From positions 1,534,269-1,598,268 of the forward strand of contig CAJINV010000017.1 of NCBI GenBank assembly GCA_905178155.1: a DNA stretch of 64,000 nucleotides, given 5' to 3'. The position numbers and the translations under genes are program-made. Positions within the stretch are counted from its first letter, which is position 1, and every line of letters starts with the position of its first letter. The notes under the pieces are model-generated. The model was not told the DNA's origin and ran no database searches. It saw nothing but the letters and a program-made list of their open reading frames with translations. This document shows, in pieces, positions 48,507-60,659 of this stretch. This DNA is from Amoebophrya sp. A120. Lineage: Eukaryota > Protista > Dinoflagellata.

Positions 48507-51500
48507 ATGTCGACCCGTCTCTCCTCCCGTACGCGCTCCTCTTCTTTCGGGAGCGCGGTGCACGAAGCGGCCCAGTTACGGGAAAGTTTATTGCAACAAC
48601 AGAACTTTCAACATTCGGACCAAGCCGCGAACCGCTACGGTGTCGCAGCGAAATCCCGGCGGTTGTCCGTCCACACGGGCGCCGCCAGTCCCTTGGTGGT
48701 CCGTGCTCACGCAGCGAGTGGTCGGGGACAGGGGCAGACGAGCTTGTTGAGTGTGCCGCCAAATGGAAATATCCTCGATGGAGGGGTGATCTCTCCTTCC
48801 GCCGTTTCACCGAGAGGAAGCGGCGCTGATGAGCAGCACGCAAACAATTTCTCACTCAGGCCAACGCCGTCGCCATTCAATATTGGCAGCAACAAAGTGG
48901 AGCCGAGAATAAGCAGTATCAGTGGAGATAGATTGCACCCAACAGGGTCTCCGATAGCGATACAAGCACACCAGGGCGCGGCAAGTCTTCTAGGGCAGCG
49001 TAGTATTTCGAAATCCGAAGTTCGTGGCGCAGCGTCTCCAAGAAAGACCACCACCAGCGATGCGCTTCATTTGCAGCTGTGGGCACAGCTGACCGCACTG
49101 TTGGGAGGGGGTGCTGATGCCGACGTTACTGATAAAGCGATATTGTCTGCTCCTGACGCCGATGCCCGAGCCACACTTCTACCAGGCGTGGAGCCAGCAG
49201 ATGAAGCTGCCCTTCTCCCCACGTCAAAAACTACAGCCGAACTCGGCCGCTCCACGGCCATCGCGTTTTCGTACGGAATCATCAACTTTGTGTGCGTTTT
49301 GCCCGTCATCGTCGCGTACGCGCACATTGTCTACGCGAGTAACGATTTCGAGGAATACATGCCGTACATTTTGAAAGTCGTCATGCTGAGTTGCTGCATC
49401 CACCAGGCCTTGTTCTCGTGGTTCAGCCGACTCCCCTTCTCCATCGGCCAGGTCCAAGACGTCGGCTTGATCTTTCTCGCGGCGATTACAAAAAACGTCC
49501 AGGAGCTCGCAACCTACCAAAACGCCCTAGCAGAGCAGGCACGGACGGCGCTACTGGCAAAAGCGGGCAATTATCCGGGTTTACCCGGCTTGGAGGGCGG
49601 AGTTGGCAGTGCACGACCAGCAGCACAACTTGCAGCCCAGGCCTACCACCCCATAACGACGAAGGAGATTGTTGCGACGAGTCTCTGGGCGGGTGGGATC
49701 GGCACGACAATCACCGGCTTGATTGTTTGGTACGTGGGGTATCGGCAGTTGGTCGACTACGTCTCGTTGCTCCCCTTGCCGGTCGTGGGCGGATATTTGG
49801 GTTACATCGGCTGGTTCTGCATCGTATTCCCTGAAAATTGACCGTCCCCATCCACTTTTGGCATGGCAAGCACATAATTTGCTACGTGTTTTCCATGACA
49901 AACTGGATGGGGGATGGTTAATTTTCAGGGAATACATCGCGGCGGGGTTGACCATCATGTCCGGACAACAGATCAACGCCCCCTGGACGGTGGCGCCGCT
50001 GTTCTGCGAGGAACAGGTGCCGTACTTGGTTTCCTTTGCGCTGTTTCTCGTGCTGTTTCTCTTCATCCACTACCGGTTGAGCCACCACGTCTTCGTGATG
50101 CCCACGGTGTTGCTGCTCGCTCCGGTCGGTTTTCTAGCCATCGCGATCTACGGCTTGGGGTTTACGCTAGAGGAACTGCGGGAGGAGAATTGGCTGAGCT
50201 ACCCGGCAAAGGGGCTGGTGTGGGGCCCGACACAATACGCGATCTACGATCCGAGGCTGGTGCACTGGAGCTTTTTGCCGAGGCAGATTGGGAACTTCAT
50301 CGGTACCCATCAATGAAAACGAATGCTCTTTGCTGGATTTCTGAACACTTCTCTACGCAAACCAATATATGAAAATCGCGAAAAGAATTTGAATCACATT
50401 CACCTGCATGATGACAAACACAAAGATCTAAATCGCCTACCAATTACCCTTCTCAGGTCTCACCATCGTGGTCACCTTCGGCTCTTCCCTGGACGTAGCC
50501 GCGATCCAGGCGGAGATTCCCTACCGCTTGGATTTCAACGGCGAAATGCGGATGATTGGCGGCGCGAATTTCATTGCGGGATTGACCGGTGGCATGACGG
50601 GCAGCTACATCTTCAGCCAGACGATTTTCTCGCTGAAATCCCAGGTCACCAGCAGTCTTTGCGGCTGGACGGTTTTCTTCTGCGAATTTCTCCTGTGGGC
50701 GCTACCGATCGACTTATCCTGCGTGTTGCCAAAACCCTACGTCGGTGCGTTAGTCGCGTTATTCGGCGTCGACATTCTCCGGGACTGGCTGTGGAAAAGC
50801 CGCGCGCTCCTGTCCCAGATGGAGTACGTCCTTGTGTGGCTCGCGTTTTCCATCATTATGGTTCTCCAGGGGTTAAACAGCTTCGGGGTGATTGAAGGGA
50901 TGTTAGTCGCGACGGGTCTGGCCTGCGTCACGTTTGTCTGCCTGTACAGCACCTTGCCGGTGTGGACGGTCGGGCCGCAGACGAGATCCGGGCAGTTTCG
51001 GAGGTACAACGAGCGGAAAGTGCTGGACCGGCAGAAGCAGCAAATCTTTGTGTGCCAGTTGAAGGGGTACATTTTCTTCGGCTCCAGTATGGATTTGAGC
51101 ACACGACTGCTGAACGCCGTGCTGGATCATTTCCAAAAGGCGGACAAGATCTCCAGATTGCAGTTCGGAGGAGGCGGATCTGTAGTGCAGGCGGGGACGG
51201 GGGGCGGCGACAAGGCCATCGTGACATCAAGTTTGATCCAAAATAATAGAGGTGGTGAGGGAACAAACAATCCATTTCCTGTCGCGCCGTCAAGACAAAA
51301 TCCCGATCAGAATCTCGCAACACACTTGCTGAACGAAGAAAAAACGGGAAAGGTGAACATCAAGAATCTCCCAACTCCTGCAGCAGCAACCACCGCAACA
51401 CGAGCCGGACGTCCGCCGCAGCCCAGCGAAGCGGTCTTCAACGTCGCAGCTGACAACCCAGCACGAATTTCGGTCCAAACTAGCGACTTCCCGGACGAAA

Positions 51501-54500
51501 GTAGAGAGAGCACGTTTGCAGTCCCGAGAATCAGTGTGGACGACCCGCGCTATTCCGCCATCGATAGCGTGGTGACAGTCGACCCATACGGGACAACTAG
51601 GGACTCCGCCGCGCAAATGAACCACCTGCCGAAAAACTACAGCGAATCCAACCGGAGTGGCTCGTCGGCTGTGCTACATGATCCAGCACACCTTCCCCTG
51701 TCGCAGCAGCAACCGCCTTCGTCCCACTACGTCTCCGGTACCGGGGGGCTGACCGATGACGAGTTGATTCCAGTCAACCGGGATGATAAACAAGCCAACG
51801 CAAACCGATCAGAGAATGGCATATTTGAGGACTTTTCCTACACACTGCAAATCAACACAGACGGGAATATTTCTAGCAGGACGACGACAAATCAAAACGC
51901 GATCATGCTAGAGCAGCAGAATAGTCCTCCTGACCATCAAGAAGAAGATCAGTTTTTGCACAAGCTGAATCTCCGGTCCCCGACCTCGGAAGCGTCGTTT
52001 GTCCTCCCGACACCGATTGGACCTGGAGCTCCTTCGCAGCCAAAATTTGTCGTGTTAGATTTTGAGCAAGTACAGAACATCGACTCAACCGCTTGCGTGT
52101 CCCTGGCGAGTATGAAAGTCTCTTTAAAAACCTCCGACGTGATGGTCTCCAACTCGCGCTTGCACTTCGTCTATTGCGGAATAAGGTCGGATTCCCTTCG
52201 GGAGCTGCTACAGGCAAACAACGCACTGAACAGCAACGAGGACTACGAGTTTGGTGCGTTGGAAGATGCCTTGAACTTCATCGAAGAGATGATTCTGAAC
52301 CACCACTACGAAAACTTAAGCCTGTATGAGGTGGAGATGAACTACACTGGCAGTGGTATATTAGCAGGAGGAAGTACTACTTCTAACCCGCCGCGCTCGA
52401 GTCTTGCGGCGTTTCACAAGTCAAGAAACGCAAACTTTGCCCTGACGCTCGAGGAGATCTTGTTGGAGTACTTTCGGCAGGACCCGACTGTGAACCCGCC
52501 GAACATGTGGTCTCCAAGGGTGACGGCGAGCTCGACTTACCGGCCGCAATTTTACCCCGCTTCTGCGTCTGCTGGCTACGAGCCACCGAAGCCGGTTTTT
52601 ACTAGTGACACAGGAGAGGGACGAGATGACACGACGGCAACTTCTGCAGGAGCGCAGCTAAAGAGTGCAAAGCAAAACGCCGCCAGCACGACCGAGTCGG
52701 AGTTCGTGCAATCTGGACAGAAAACCGCTTCCTTTCCGGACGAACCAGGAGTCGAAGTTGCGTTAACCAAGGCGACGTCGAGCACATCCAGCTCCTCATC
52801 GCAGCCGATGAGTCGGCAACTGCTGGTGCTGGCCGATAATTCGGAACTACAACATGAGCCTTTCTCCCAAGACTACACGAGCTCGAGCACGGCGCAGCAC
52901 CAGCAGCAGCATCCCCCACTGCTGGGGATGAAGCCGCAACACCAAATCTCCCTCACCGATATCCGGTCCCACGACTTCCTAACCGGGTTGCGGCAGATCG
53001 CCAAATCCTTCACGGTGACCTTAACACTACCCGCGGGCGCCGTCCTCTTTCGGTCAGTATCAAATGCAAAAATGTCTGGGTCTGGAAGAGTCATGCTGTT
53101 TTTGCATCACGCAGAAGGTCTGGCATGGAAGCTGTAGCATCACAGGTTTCGAAAAGCTTCCGCAATGCCGAATCCGCATGACAAATCCCCCACTTTGGTG
53201 ACAGAAAGTGGGCAGCTTTTGCTACCTATGCATCAGAGATTTTTCTGTGTGCTGAAATGCGCATCACAAGTTTGTATTCTTCCAGACCCAGACACTTTTA
53301 CATTTGATAGTCAGAGGACGTCTGCAACGCGGTGTTTTTCGTCAGTAAGGGTATCCTGAGTAAAAACGTCCCCACACCAGAGTTGTCATGCAAATCTGCA
53401 TGCCAAAAAAGTTTCTCATGCTGAGACGATTCCGGTTTATGATCCCAGTCCCCCCTCCCACCCTTTGCTTCTGTTGCAGAATAAGTCAAGCTGAGTCACT
53501 ACGGTTGCCGCGCACAAATTAAGCCTTTAAGTTGTCGCTGTGCCCCAGGTGGGTTGCCAGTCAGCAGTGCCAAACAACTGGTCTATGGTTTGACAACTGT
53601 GACCCGCTCGCTTGCCTTTTTCGTCCGTGCCGCAGGTAAGGCGCAAACGGTCCAGCCTCCCCTGTCTGGGCGGGGCTGCGGCTTAGGGGAGAGTCTCGCC
53701 CCTTCACCCAAAGGGGTGCGTCGTCTCTTCCGTGAGAGCAAAAACGTAGGGCGTAAAATGGGTCGGGTCCTGGATCATTCTGTATGTTGGGCTGTCGCGC
53801 TCGGCTTGCTGGCCGGGCTGTACCGATCAGGTGTGGTGGGTAGCTCCCGACTGGTTGGTACTTTTCTTGGGGCGACTTGCCGTGGTAGCGCTCGGCTTTT
53901 GTATGATGAGGTCGCCGAAAGTGCTTCCTCGCCCACCCCCCGGGGAGGGGATCCTTGACCTGTGGCGCTGGGAGCGGGTGTCCACTACATGATGATGATG
54001 ATGCTGAGCCCCATGAAAGGCATTTTCTAATCGTGTTTTGGGATTTGTGATGCTATAATCAGCATGATGTGCTAGATCTGTGATGCTGCTGAACTACCTA
54101 AACAGGATTACATTACAAGGACAAACGTGTCATGCGAAACAGCCAAAGCTGGTTGATTTGTCTAGCAGATTTCCCATCTTGACTCTGGTGTGGGTACGTT
54201 TTTACTCAGGATAAAGGGGGTGGTAGAGGTATCCGCGTGGCGCTCGTTGAAGAACAACGCGGCGAGTTTGATCAAGAACGATCCGACGCTAGGGGTTGCT
54301 GGTGGCGCAGGTCCGTTTGGAAATATTAGAGCAGGACCAGGAGGAGCTACAGCATCTTCACAGTCGCATCTTCAAGATCGACAGACGATGCCAACGGTCG
54401 TGCAACACCAATCTACTTCTGCACGGCAGGAAACGCTGAAGTCCACGACAATTTCCCCGACCCTGTCCTCCTGGCTCCGAACGCGTTCGATCCAATGCCG

Positions 54501-55094
54501 GCCCGGTGCGCTGCTGGGCAACACGGCGTATCAAATGCAAAAATGTCTGGGTCTGGAAACTTGTGATGCTGTGTGGCGTATCATGAGGAGGCCACAATTG
54601 CTGGCTCAGCATGACAAGTTTCTGAGCTTCTAGGTGTTGCCTATTCTGCATGACAAACTACGTTTCTGCATGACAGAAAAGTGGGGCGCTTTGGTAATGT
54701 GCATGACAGATTTAAGAGTCATGCCAGACAAGCATGACAAACTTGCATTCTTCCAGACCCAGACACTTTTACATTTGATACGGCGTTTGCCTACCCCAAA
54801 AGGGAGATGGTGTACGGGTTTGACGCGGGTTATCCAGAAAAAAACACCCATCCCCATCCAATTTGTCATGCAAAACCCGCATAAAGTGCAGTGTTTGTCA
54901 TGCTAAAAATGGATGGGGATGGGTGTTTTTTTCTGGATACGAGTGCGAGTGAGGATGTAGGTGCGGTAGTATTCAAAATCGATCGGGAGGCCATGCGCCG
55001 GATGGAGCTGCGAAATCCTAATTTAGCATTATTGCTGCACAAAGTCTTCCTTCAAGACATGTGCTACGACGCGATCAGAGACTTGGTTGACTGA
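48507..55094 (+). CDS. SulP/SLC26 anion transporter with STAS and cyclic-nucleotide-binding domains; five introners and one GT-AG intron (50303-50456)
   Basis: TM domain (IGQVQDVGLIFL, LPLPVVGGYLGYIGWFCI, GSYIFSQT), STAS (QLKGYIFFGS, FVVLDFEQVQNIDS), and a cNMP domain reassembled after splicing (AGAVLFRSEDVCNAVFFVSKGVVEV...PGALLGNTAF...IDREAMRRMELRNPNLA). Confidence 0.92.
49825..49934. mobile_element. Introner E8 (110 bp)
   Basis: TIR tattccctgaaaattgaccgtccccatcca / tggatggggatggttaattttcagggaata. Perfect TSD catcg. Removal gives WFCI-AAGLTI. Confidence 0.93.
53058..53309. mobile_element. Introner E9 (252 bp)
   Basis: TIR tatcaaatgcaaaaatgtctgggtctggaa / ttccagacccagacacttttacatttgata. Perfect TSD gtcag. 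Removal gives LFRS-EDVC. Confidence 0.95.
53352..54213. mobile_element. Introner E10 (E2 family, 279 bp host) carrying a nested insertion
   Basis: TIR tatcctgagtaaaaacgtccccacaccagagt / actctggtgtgggtacgtttttactcaggata. Perfect TSD aaggg. Removal gives VSKG-VVEV. Confidence 0.93.
53426..54000 (+). mobile_element. 575-bp SINE or truncated non-LTR-like element nested in E10
   Basis: 8-bp TSD atgctgag (53418-53425, 54001-54008), 3' (ATG)n tail, no TIR. 862-575-8 = 279 bp, the length of E2. Confidence 0.8.
54529..54780. mobile_element. Introner E11 (252 bp, E9 family)
   Basis: TIRs identical to E9. Perfect TSD cggcg. Removal gives LGNTA-FAYP. Confidence 0.95.
54831..54939. mobile_element. Introner E12 (109 bp, related to E8)
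   Basis: TIR tatccagaaaaaaacacccatccccatcca / tggatggggatgggtgtttttttctggata. TSD cgggt/cgagt. Removal gives FDAG-ASEDV. Confidence 0.93.
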
Positions 55095-56548
55095 GTGTAC
55101 AACTAGTACAGCGAAAATAAGAACCTGTAGTGCCAGCTGGTTTAAGCAGTAGCACTTCCTGTTCCTGGAATAAAGTAGAAATATGCGCAGCAGTAGACAC
55201 GTTTGGTTTCTATGTTTGTACTCCATCTGATGCGCAGGATTTTTTGCGCCAACCAAATAGGTCGCAGCTGTTTTTCGTATTTCAGAAGTGGTTTCATCGC
55301 GTTCGGGGGCTTTATCAGTTCTCGATAAGACTTGTTTGCTACAGCCGATTTCCTTGACACAGCATCCTCCATGGGCATTTTACATGATGAGTAGAGTCTT
55401 GAACTTTTTGAAGATGAAAGAGAAACTGGTTTATATGCAGCAGACAGTTTGCGTCGCTCGCAAGACATTTTGAAATCAGGACGAAGAAGATTTTCGATTA
55501 TGCATTGAACAAAATTAATGAGCGCTAGCACTCGCCGCTGAGAATCTTCATCTCATGATCGCATTTATTCGTGTGGTCGCGATCGAGAATAAAAGCAGAA
55601 ACACATCATCAGCGCAGTTTTCGCATCACCTCTTCGTCCGCATGATCAATACGGGCGAATAGGAACTAGTGTCTTGTTGTGAAGAGAAGTCGAAGATGTT
55701 GTGTGCTATGGTTCTTGATGAGATGATTGAACCTTTCTGCTTCGACCTCTTCGACTACACAGATAGCTTCGATCTTTTGCGTTCGTCGACGTGGTTTAGG
55801 GTTTCAATCGCTCGTCTCATGATGGGTCAAGGGAAGTAGATCTTTTGCTCGTCATGTCTTCAAAGCACTGTAGTTCGTTGTAGGACCAATCGACGATCCG
55901 AACGGTTTAGCACTGAGGCAAACTGGTGCTGAGACAAGGCAAATGCATTTTGCAGCATTTTTACACAACCTCGTAGCAGTTTTTTTTTCAGAAGCAGGAA
56001 AACCGCGTTATTTTTATTTGAAAGACACAAAACCAATAAAAGCAGTCGATCTGTCGCTGTCCAGCATTTAATATGCTTTTGGAAGAGGAATCTTGAATTA
56101 ACAATCGCGTAATTCGCTGAGAAGAAAAAGTTTGTTTGCTAGTTAAACGGAATACGAATGAAGTTTTAAAAAGCTCAAATTTGCGCAAATTTCAAATCAG
56201 GACCTAAAGCTCTGCGTACTATCGAAACTAGAAGTATAAGTGTGAAAAGAACTCTACTCCCACTAACGAAAGAGTCGTGAGATGAAGTGTATGTTGTATT
56301 CCAAAATTAGTATAATCAGTCGCGTGTTGCGAATTTTGTAGAACTACTGGTCGTGCCGACCTGCTTTATTTTGTCGCGTTTGAGAGTAGAAAAAAGACAA
56401 CCTCTACCATGCTGTTTAGAAGTAAGCTCACGCGACGTGACGCGTAGTGGTCTCCACCCACTTCACGTCCTCGTAGGTACTGCTGCAACTTGTACGTTTG
56501 CCGCGTGCTTCTACTGCGTAGTTTGCGCGCGAAGACCCCAACAACAGC

Positions 56549-59349
56549 ATGCTGAACGTCGAGGTGGTCGAGCGCGCTCAGGAGGCGGAACGGGAAGGGA
56601 AGTTCCTGGTTTGTACGCTGAAGCAGCTTCCGCAAATCGTCGACAACCAGTTGCCAGAGAAAATTGAAATTTACAGCGGTATAAATATTGCATGTTTTTG
56701 TCGCACGAAGAACAAGAGCATCTGCAATGACTATGGTGTCCATTCTAGCTTGGAAGCGAAGACGAGCAAGCTGGTGTCTGATGAATTTGGCATGCGCAAA
56801 AATAAAAAACAAGATTCAACCTGCTTCCAAAGAAAAAAAACAGTTGACAAGTCGAAGGCCGTTGGTCGTTCGCAAGACAATGACATTGTCGCGACCTCTC
56901 ATGCCATCTCGCACTACCACATGGTGCTCGAGGTGCAGCAGACCCGGCCCAAATCCGGGTACGCCCCCATGCCCCCGCTTTTTCTCGACTACAGCGCGTC
57001 GAGCAGCAGCAACGCAGCCGCGACGCAGTCTCTCGGGCGGAATAACACACTGAAAAGGACGCACTCCGAAATGCTGAACAACGGACCGATGAGTGAGGAT
57101 CAAGGTTCGACCCCCGAAGAGCCCATGGAGCATCTGAACAACAGAAACGTGAGAAGAAGGGGCGAAAACGGAAACGCCGTTGCTGGAGCTGCTGCAGCCC
57201 CCGCAGCAGCCGCGAACAATCGAAACCGCCGGAATTCGCAGCAAAACGCGGCTGCTGACCGGACGGAAAACATCGGCAACGCCATCGAGGACAGCAACAC
57301 GCTCCGGGGCCGGGGAACGACGGCTTTCGGCGGCAGCAGTTCTTCGACCGCGAAAATGAACACCAACCCGGAGATCGACAAGATCGTGCGGGGGGTCAGT
57401 CGGAACGATCCGAAGGTTTTGCAGGTGCTGGAAAGCCTGAAATCGATTGGGGTGGATGTCAACAAGTTCACGCAGGAAATCAAGGGCACCTCAACCATCG
57501 GCGGGCCACCGAAGGGCGTTTTGAAGGTGAACGCGAGTACGAGTAGTGGGCCCGGGAGTTTCGGCCGGGACTCGTTAGTACAGTACGAAAACGTCAACAC
57601 GTGGCTGCTGCGAGAGAAGATGCGCAACAACGTGCACGTGTTTCTCCGGGATGTCTCGACGTACGGCACCTACGTCAACGGCGTCAAAGTGGGGAGGAAC
57701 GTCCTTCCGAGGCTGCTGAGGCACGGCGACGTATGACGAGAGATAGCCTTTTGCTTTTCAATCATCGAATTCGAAAATTTAAATTATATAGTTGTATACT
57801 AAACCGAGAGAAAGGAATACTTAACATTGACTTAGACTTACTTATTTAACAAGTATTTGCAGGCAGCGAAAGTTCGTATTCAAAGACCTCAGTCAGTCAG
57901 AGCCTTAGCAGGCAATGGCAAAAATTGTCTTCGCACAATCCACCGCCCAAAAACGACAGGTAATCGCTTTCATGCGACACGAAGAGGAGCCTAACGTGCT
58001 GGGTGACTTTCGGGTTGAGTACGCAGAGGGACACGCGCCGCGTGGCGATGAGGTACAGACTAAATAGCGTACATCAATCGGCGTGCTCATATTCGTCATC
58101 GCGGTAGGAGCTGATGCAGCATGGCAGGCACGAGAGTTGTGTGTCAGCTCTGTAGTTCAAACAATGTGCAACATGTTGAAAATGAACTTGCCACAATTCG
58201 TCCGTTGACCTCCACAGGTCGTCTCTGTCGAGCTCCCCCTGTTCACCTCGATGAGCTTCGGTGACTGGATTCGGCATCGGGAGGCGGTGGTGTTGGCAAA
58301 CAGCAGCAAATCCACCATTCGCCAGTGCTACCGGGTTTGCCTGACCACGTTCCTGATGTGCAACGAGGACCCGAGCAGAAAGAGCCGGATAAAGGCCGAC
58401 CTGCCACAAGACATCCGGAGGAAGATCCTGGAGTTCCTCTACGTCGACACGCCGGCGCAGGCCGTTGCGGGATGCCCATGTAAATAAGATGGGGATAATA
58501 TACTTTGCTACTGTTTTTTTCTGATGTCGAAGAACAGTTCGTTGTACTGCATTGGGTCTGACAGTTGTGTTATAAATATGAGCGCGACAACTTCGGCTCG
58601 ATGCCGTTCCATGAACAAAGAAAATATTGGTTTGAATCTTTAAACCCCAACAGTCCCCGAGGAGCAACGGCCGCCGAAGGCTGACCATTTGAAGCACAAG
58701 GCGAATAAGGCCAAGGAACGGCACATCAACAGTACGGTCGAAACGATCTTGAACTATTGTGACGGGTTGGCATCGAACGGGACAATGCAGCTCGAGATGA
58801 AGATCTACCGTATCATATTTTTTTCTGTTTTTCCTTTTCCAGCAAAGTTGAGCTTGCCAATTTTGCAGCGAAAGTGGTGGCTCTGTCTTCAAGGCTGCTG
58901 CATGACGAGCATGATGTTCGCTCTGAAAATAATTCACAAGGAAAATCACAAACACAATCTGAATGCACCATCAAAAAAAAAACAAAAACGCAGTCGACAA
59001 TATCGAGAACAAGGCGAACAATCCGAAGTGGATGTGGGACCTGAAGGGCGAGGTTTTGAAAGACCGGCGACTGCACACGAAAATCAAGGACCTGGGCTAC
59101 ATCGTGGAGCACAACAACCAGCAGCAAAAACTGACGATCAAGTGGTCTGGGCAAGAGGCCGGCGCCAACAACCGCGCGGGTGCCGCTGCCGCCGCGGGCG
59201 CCGCCTTGGCCGCCGCCGCGGCTGCCGCCGACCTCGGAGCCCCGCCGCCACCAGCAGTGCTGGAGCGCGCGCTTGGCGGCGTACACCGAAGATTGGGGAT
59301 CCGGGCCGCCGCTGCGGCGCCGCCACCGGTGAACCCCGATGACATGTGA
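56549..59349 (+). CDS. FHA-domain protein, multi-exon; some junctions approximate
   Basis: FHA motifs VGRSQDNDIV..AISHYH and FLRDVSTYGTYVNGVKV...LRHGD, separated by a long low-complexity insert. Downstream exons at about 57910-58050, 58218-58468, 58654-58809 and 58994-59349. Confidence 0.75.
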
Positions 59350-60659
59350 TAAAGAAGATGGTGTAGCGGAAGTGTATCCGCAAAGCTGCACCGCCCCTGA
59401 TTTCTTTCAAAAATGTGTATATCCTTTTCTTGATCCTGCCTAGGCGAAGAGGACGACCTGTACGCGACAGCGAGCGACAAGATCAAAGCACTTGTCTCTA
59501 TATGACACAAGAAGATAAAAAGAACTTCAATAATTAGCGCGCGACTCTTCTCAAGAAATCACGTTTGACGGATTTAATACTGCAGAATTCTATCTGCATT
59601 CCCGTTCGACTGAGTTTACCACCAATTTTAACATCTATTCTATACCAGATCACCATGGTGACTGAGATTTCTTAAACCGACTAAAAAAGCTTGTTGCGAC
59701 AACATCGTATCGCAAGCAGAAACAGTATTCTCAACAGTACGAAATTGACAATGATAGATGGGGTTAGGGAGTGAATCTTTGACCCTGTCAATAAAGACCT
59801 AGAGACAGGCCAGCGACCGAGCCACCAAATTACGTCTATACCCGCGCCTACCCAGATCTAGTATTGCAGAATATGCCCAACACCAACTTAAAGTTTATCG
59901 AAACCCTACAACGAAGCTGTTTCCTACACAGAAACGACCTTCACGACGAAATTTTTGGCTTCGACCACTGCAGCGGACGTGGTGGGTGGAGCTAGGAAAG
60001 CTTTCTCCTTTGCTTGCGACCGAATCTACACCCCCCAGGACGACCGACGTCAAAGGTGCTTCTACACTTCTAGACTTACCTATCAATCCCTACTGACCGC
60101 AACTAAGCAACGACTTCGCCGTCCTTTATTGCTGACTCGAGAAGATGAGAAGGGCTTCGGCTTGTTGTGCACAATACAGCTGATATCAAATTTGGCATTG
60201 GTGTCAGGGAAGCAACGCGAACATTTTTTCCGATTTCGTGCTCCTGCTGGTGCAAATTCACCGCGGGAATCGAAACATATTGCAAGCCTGTATTAGATGG
60301 CGCGCACGCGTTCTTGTCAACTACGAAGTCTTATCCCAGTTAAGTTTATAAGCTGGGAGAGGGGAGAGCCCGGGAGAGGCTGGGAGAGGCTGGGAGAGCT
60401 TCCGCAAATTAGAAGGAACAGCGCGACTCGTTTTGTAAATTTGCTTCAGGCTCGATGGTATGATGTCTATTCTACTGCAGTTCTTTTTATATATATGTAA
60501 GCGGTTTGGACGGCGCCCCTGTGGCGTATTTCTATTTGTGACTACTCGGCGCAGTTTTTGGGATGGCGGATGCCGCCGACAGGTGGCATCTAGGGGGCGA
60601 AAAATTCCTGCATGCGTGTCCTCCACGCGGGCGGCCCCTGGGGCGCTGCTGTCGTTATC

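Noticed and set aside
53887-53925. Hammerhead-ribozyme-like motif in the nested insert (agcgctc...atgatga ggtcgcc gaaa gtgct)
   Set aside because: Stem III is plausible, but the core reads AUGAUGA rather than CUGAUGA and stem I cannot form convincingly.
53554-53958. 134-aa ORF as an introner transposase
   Set aside because: It lies in the nested insert and has no DDE, tyrosine-recombinase or RT motifs. No autonomous transposase was found in this window.
48507-55094. Frameshifted pseudogene interpretation of SulP and the other interrupted genes
   Set aside because: Every break coincides with a TIR/TSD element or a GT-AG intron whose removal restores the frame, and no other disabling lesions were seen.
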